From positions 1-44,540 of the forward strand of contig DASYZY010000123.1 in NCBI GenBank assembly GCA_035945735.1: a stretch of 44,540 nucleotides of DNA, written 5' to 3'. How positions within the stretch are numbered: position 1 is the first letter of the stretch; each line of letters starts with the position of its first letter. The position numbers and the translations under genes are program-made. Shown here one piece after another: positions 40,979 to 44,540 of this stretch. Origin of the DNA: Thermoplasmata archaeon (GTDB lineage: Archaea; Thermoplasmatota; Thermoplasmata; Lutacidiplasmatales; UBA184). Below the pieces are notes generated by a model. The model worked only from the letters and a program-made list of their open reading frames with translations. It had not been told where the DNA came from and did no database searches.

Positions 40979-41959
40979 GTGAACGGAGCCGAGGTGCGCA
41001 CCCGGATGGCCGACGTCCGGACGGCCGTGCACTCCGCGGTGGTCGGGCGCGAGATGGCGCTCGACCTGATCTCGACCGGGCTGCTCGCCGACGGCCACCT
41101 CCTGCTCGAGGACCTTCCGGGGCTCGGCAAGACCCTGCTCGCGAAGAGCTTCGCCCAGGCGCTCGGCCTCAAGTTCTCGCGCGTGCAGTTCACCGCCGAC
41201 CTGCTTCCGCAGGACATCACGGGCAGCGAGGTGCTCGACACCCGCACCCAGAGCTTCTCGTTCCGGCCGGGACCGCTGTTCGCCAACATCGTGCTCGCCG
41301 ACGAGATCAACCGTGCCCCGCCCAAGGTCCAGTCGGCGCTGCTGGAGGCGATGCAGGAGTTCCAGGTCACAAGCGAGGGGGGCACCCATCCTCTGGAACG
41401 GCCCTTCATCGTGCTCGCCACCCAGAACCCGATCGAGCTCGAAGGTACCTACCCGCTGCCGGAGGCGCAGGTCGACCGGTTCCTCATGCGCCTCGCCGTC
41501 GGCTACCCGACGGCCGAGGAGGAGCGGATGATCCTCCGGCGCCGCCGCGAGCGGAAGGAGGACGTCGCCGTGGTCCCCCAGGTCCTGAAGCCCGAGGAGC
41601 TCCGCGCGATGCAGCGCTCGGTCGAGGACGTCGAGATCGACGCCTCGCTCGAGGAGTACTCGGTCCAGCTGGTCGCCGCGACGCGCGGCGACAATCGCGC
41701 CGAGGTGGGCGCCTCCCCGCGGGGCTCGCTCGCCCTCCTGAAGCTCTCCCGCGCCCGAGCGCTGCTCGAGGGCCGGGACTACGTCATCCCGGACGACGTG
41801 AAGTCCATCGCCGTGCCGGCGCTCGCCCACCGGATCGTGGTGAAGCCGGAACCCTGGATCCGGGGCATCCGGGGCGAGCAGGTGGTCCGCAGCGCGCTCG
41901 AGAAGGTGCCGGTGCCGAAGACCGGCGCTTCGGCCGTGGCGGTCCCAGCGGCGCGCTAG
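40979..41959 (+). CDS. moxR: MoxR-family AAA+ ATPase (second copy)
   Basis: Walker A is DLPGLGKT. The signature LADEINRAPPKVQSALLEAMQEFQVT is followed by ATQNPIELEGTYPLPEAQVDRF. GTG start. Confidence 0.92.
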   Translation: MNGAEVRTRMADVRTAVHSAVVGREMALDLISTGLLADGHLLLEDLPGLGKTLLAKSFAQALGLKFSRVQFTADLLPQDITGSEVLDTRTQSFSFRPGPLFANIVLADEINRAPPKVQSALLEAMQEFQVTSEGGTHPLERPFIVLATQNPIELEGTYPLPEAQVDRFLMRLAVGYPTAEEERMILRRRRERKEDVAVVPQVLKPEELRAMQRSVEDVEIDASLEEYSVQLVAATRGDNRAEVGASPRGSLALLKLSRARALLEGRDYVIPDDVKSIAVPALAHRIVVKPEPWIRGIRGEQVVRSALEKVPVPKTGASAVAVPAAR

Positions 41960-42762
41960 ACCCGGGCCCGCGCCGAACCGAGCACCGCCGCGACCGGGAC
42001 CGAGAAGCCGTCCTTCCGCCTATACGCGTCAAGACGGGACCGGACCTCGCGCTCGACCCGGCTCCGGTCGTGCTCCGAGAGCGCGAGGAGCGACGCCCGG
42101 GTCCGCGCGGAGCCTTCCCGGAACATCCGCCAGAAGTGCTCGGCGCTCGGCAGCTCCGCCGTGCCGCGAACCGTTCGCTCGGTCGCCTCGGTGAGACCGG
42201 CGCCCTGGAGCGCGGCCTCGAACGCCCCATCCTCGGCGAAGGCGAAGAAGCCGGGCGCCGCGGGGAGCTCCGGCGACAGCTGCAGCGCCGCCAGCGCGTC
42301 CGGTACGATCCGGAGCGCGACGGAGTCCCGGGCCCAGACGGTGAGGGCGAGCCGTCCGCCCGGGGCGAGCAGCCGGGCGCCCTCGGCGATCGCGCGGGAC
42401 GGGTCGGCGAAGTGCAGCAGGCCGAAGTTGCAGGTGAGCGAGTCGAAGGCGCCGTCCCGGAGCGGGAGGCGCTCGGCGCGGGCGAGCACGAGGCGGGTCA
42501 ACGCGGGGTGCGCGCGTCGGGCGCGCTGGAGCATGGCGAGCGAGAAGTCGACGGCCGTGACGCTCGCGCGCCGCTCCAGGGCCGCGGCCGTGACCGTGCC
42601 CGGGCCGCAGGCGAGGTCGATCAGCCGGCGGCCCGGTCCGGCCCCCACCGCATCGAGGAGCGCCCCGACCGTGAAGCGCACGACGTTCGGGAACCCCTCG
42701 GCGTAGGCCGCGGCGACGCTGTCGGAGGTCCAGGCGCGGCGCTCGAGCTCGGCGAACGACAT
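41956..42762 (-). CDS. class I SAM-dependent methyltransferase
   Basis: Motif I is LIDLACGPGTVT. FDSLTCNFGLLHF and LAPGGRLALTVW are the post-I / motif II-III pattern of Methyltransf_11-type enzymes. Confidence 0.8.
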   Translation of the reverse strand: MSFAELERRAWTSDSVAAAYAEGFPNVVRFTVGALLDAVGAGPGRRLIDLACGPGTVTAAALERRASVTAVDFSLAMLQRARRAHPALTRLVLARAERLPLRDGAFDSLTCNFGLLHFADPSRAIAEGARLLAPGGRLALTVWARDSVALRIVPDALAALQLSPELPAAPGFFAFAEDGAFEAALQGAGLTEATERTVRGTAELPSAEHFWRMFREGSARTRASLLALSEHDRSRVEREVRSRLDAYRRKDGFSVPVAAVLGSARARV

Positions 42763-42824
42763 CGGCCTCCCGAGACGGGCCCCCGCTTGAGCCTCGCGGA
42801 GCGCCGAGCGCGGTCAAGCTTAAT

Positions 42825-43799
42825 TTGCGGCCCCCGGGTCGGCGCGCCGTGCCGACGGCGCCGCCGCTCGTCCTGATCGCCGACCCCATCGATCCCTCGG
42901 CCGCCCGCCTCCTGTCCGAGGGGAACTGCCGGGTCGTGGACGCCAGCGCCGGCGCAGCCGCGCTGGAGCCGTACCTCGGCGAGGCCTGGGCGCTCGTGGT
43001 CCGCAGCCGGACCAAGGTGACGGCCGAGCTCCTGTCCCGGGCGCCGAACTTGCGTCTGATCGCCCGCGCCGGCGTGGGCGTCGACAACGTGGATATGGCG
43101 GAGGCGAGCCGCCGGCGGATCCGGGTGGCGAACGCCCCGACGGCCGCCACCCAGAGCGTCGCGGAGCTCACCCTGGCGCTCATGCTGATGCTCGTGCGGG
43201 GGCTCTATCCCTCGATCGCCGCCACCAAGGGCGGCAAGTGGGACCGCTCCACCCACGGCCACGAGCTCGCCGGCCGCACCGTCGGCTTCGTCGGCTACGG
43301 CCGCATCGCGCGGGAGGCCCGCAACCGGCTCCGGAACTTCGGCGTGACCGTGCTGGCCCACGACCCGTTCCTGCCCAGCTCGCCCGACGGCACCGCGCTG
43401 CTGTCCTTGCACGAGCTCCTCGCGCGGAGCGACATCGTGAGCCTGCATGCCGCGCTCACGAACGACAACCGCCACCTGATCAACGCCGACCGGATGGCCC
43501 GGATGCCCCGCGGCAGCTTCCTCATCAACGTCGCCCGGGGACCGCTCGTCGACGAATCGGCGCTGCTCGCCGCGCTCGACAGCGGCCAGCTCGGAGGCGC
43601 CGCGCTCGACGTCTTCGAGGTCGAGCCGCCGACGCGCGCGGCGCTGCTGGAGCACCCGCACGTCATCGCGACGCCGCACCTGGGCGCCTCCACGGTGGAG
43701 GCCCAGGCGCGCGCCGGCGTGCACGTGGCCGAAGAGCTCTTGCGCGCGCTCCGGCACGAGCCGCTGCTGTACCAGGTGAATCCCGAGGTGAAGGAGTAG
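42825..43799 (+). CDS. serA: D-isomer-specific 2-hydroxyacid dehydrogenase, probable short-form D-3-phosphoglycerate dehydrogenase
   Basis: The NAD-binding motif is GRTVGFVGYGRIAREA. The catalytic region is LINVARGPLVDE...HPHVIATPHLGAST. An alternative GTG start is at 42849. The neighbouring class-V aminotransferase supports a serine pathway role. Confidence 0.75.
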   Translation: MRPPGRRAVPTAPPLVLIADPIDPSAARLLSEGNCRVVDASAGAAALEPYLGEAWALVVRSRTKVTAELLSRAPNLRLIARAGVGVDNVDMAEASRRRIRVANAPTAATQSVAELTLALMLMLVRGLYPSIAATKGGKWDRSTHGHELAGRTVGFVGYGRIAREARNRLRNFGVTVLAHDPFLPSSPDGTALLSLHELLARSDIVSLHAALTNDNRHLINADRMARMPRGSFLINVARGPLVDESALLAALDSGQLGGAALDVFEVEPPTRAALLEHPHVIATPHLGASTVEAQARAGVHVAEELLRALRHEPLLYQVNPEVKE

Positions 43800-43800
43800 G

Positions 43801-44540
43801 ATGGGCTACGATCCCGAGACCGCGACGTTTTTGATCGCCGGACCGGTCCGCATCCACCCCCGCGTGCTGCGGGCGATGAGCGCGCCCTCGCTCAACCATC
43901 GCGGCGAGTACTTCCACGAGATCGTCGCCGAGATCCGCGAGCTGCTGCCCGTCATGTTCGGGACGAGCGGCGCGCAGGTGGTCCTCTCGGGCAGCGGCAC
44001 CGCCGGGCTCGAGGCGGTCTACTCCTCGCTCCTGCGCCGGGGCGAGCGCACGATCACCGTCCGGAACGGGAACTTCGGCGACCGCACCGACCAGATCTCC
44101 CGGCGCTACTGCGACCGGGTGACCACGATCGAGGCCCCTTGGGGTCAGCCGCTGCCGGTCGAGGCGATCCGGGCCGAGCTCGCCCGAGGGGACGTCCGCG
44201 CGCTCTGCGTGGTCTACAACGAGACGAGCGTGGGGCTGCGCAACGATCTGGCCGCCATCGCCGCGGACGTCCGCAAGTCCGGAGCGCTGTTCCTGGTCGA
44301 CGGCATCTCCGCGGTCGCCGGCATCCCCTGTCCCATCCGAGACTGGGGGATCGACGCGCTCGTGGCCGGGAGCCAGAAGGGGCTCGCCGCGCCGGCCGGC
44401 CTCGCGATGGTCCACCTCTCCGAGCGGGCCCGCAAGGAGCTGCGACCCGGTACGTTCTATCTCGATCTCGCGGCGCATCTCGATAACCTGTCGAAGGACG
44501 ACACGCCGTGGACGCCGGCGGTCCCGCTCTTCCTCGCCCT
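43801..44540 (+). CDS. class-V aminotransferase (serine-glyoxylate / phosphoserine aminotransferase-like), 3'-truncated at window edge
   Basis: This gene is not in the ORF track because it has no stop in the window. The ATG at 43801 is preceded by AAGGAG. My translation MGYDPETATFLIAGPVRIHPRVLRAM...VLSGSGTAGLEA...GSQKGLAAPAGL includes the PLP-lysine SQK motif. The frame is open to position 44540. Confidence 0.8.
   Translation, partial: MGYDPETATFLIAGPVRIHPRVLRAMSAPSLNHRGEYFHEIVAEIRELLPVMFGTSGAQVVLSGSGTAGLEAVYSSLLRRGERTITVRNGNFGDRTDQISRRYCDRVTTIEAPWGQPLPVEAIRAELARGDVRALCVVYNETSVGLRNDLAAIAADVRKSGALFLVDGISAVAGIPCPIRDWGIDALVAGSQKGLAAPAGLAMVHLSERARKELRPGTFYLDLAAHLDNLSKDDTPWTPAVPLFLA

Noticed and set aside
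40783-42876. 697-aa plus-strand ORF spanning the MoxR and SAM-methyltransferase loci
   Set aside because: It is off-frame to MoxR (40979..41959) and antisense to the methyltransferase. Its sequence is Arg/Gly/Pro-rich low-complexity.

Overview
This is a very GC-rich, densely coding segment that looks archaeal. Evidence: TATA-type promoters placed for leaderless transcripts, a tRNA without encoded CCA, TrmI, GH57, and many ribbon-helix-helix (RHH) and C2H2 proteins. I cannot assign a lineage from sequence alone. Host left flank (1-10250): a MoxR AAA+ ATPase / DUF58 / membrane operon, a CPA2-type cation antiporter, an ArsR-SRPBCC-DUF1801 operon, a large Kelch+PKD surface protein with a C-terminal anchor, and an HTH-like hypothetical protein. 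The main feature (10323-28793) is an ~18.5 kb integrated element in the 3' end of tRNA-Gly(GCC). It is bounded by a 17-bp perfect direct repeat (30/36 over the extended alignment), with a tyrosine integrase abutting the tRNA. The element carries RHH and zinc-finger regulators, an orphan DPPH-motif methyltransferase, a serine recombinase and three secreted, C-terminally anchored glycoproteins (one GH clan A-like, two tandem paralogs). It also carries four small membrane proteins, a polytopic membrane protein, a small P-loop NTPase, a divergent RHH switch region and an early region with a possible Rad52-like annealing protein and an ASCH protein. I recognise no capsid fold, terminase or replicase. 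My working hypothesis is a membrane-enveloped, pleolipovirus-like provirus or vesicle-forming integrative plasmid of a new type. Host right flank: TrmI, GT4 + GH57 glucan genes, a GHMP kinase, and a second MoxR/DUF58/DUF4129 operon with permuted gene order. It ends with a SAM methyltransferase, a SerA-like dehydrogenase and a truncated class-V aminotransferase. Most long Arg/Gly/Pro-rich ORFs in the track are antisense or off-frame shadows of real genes.
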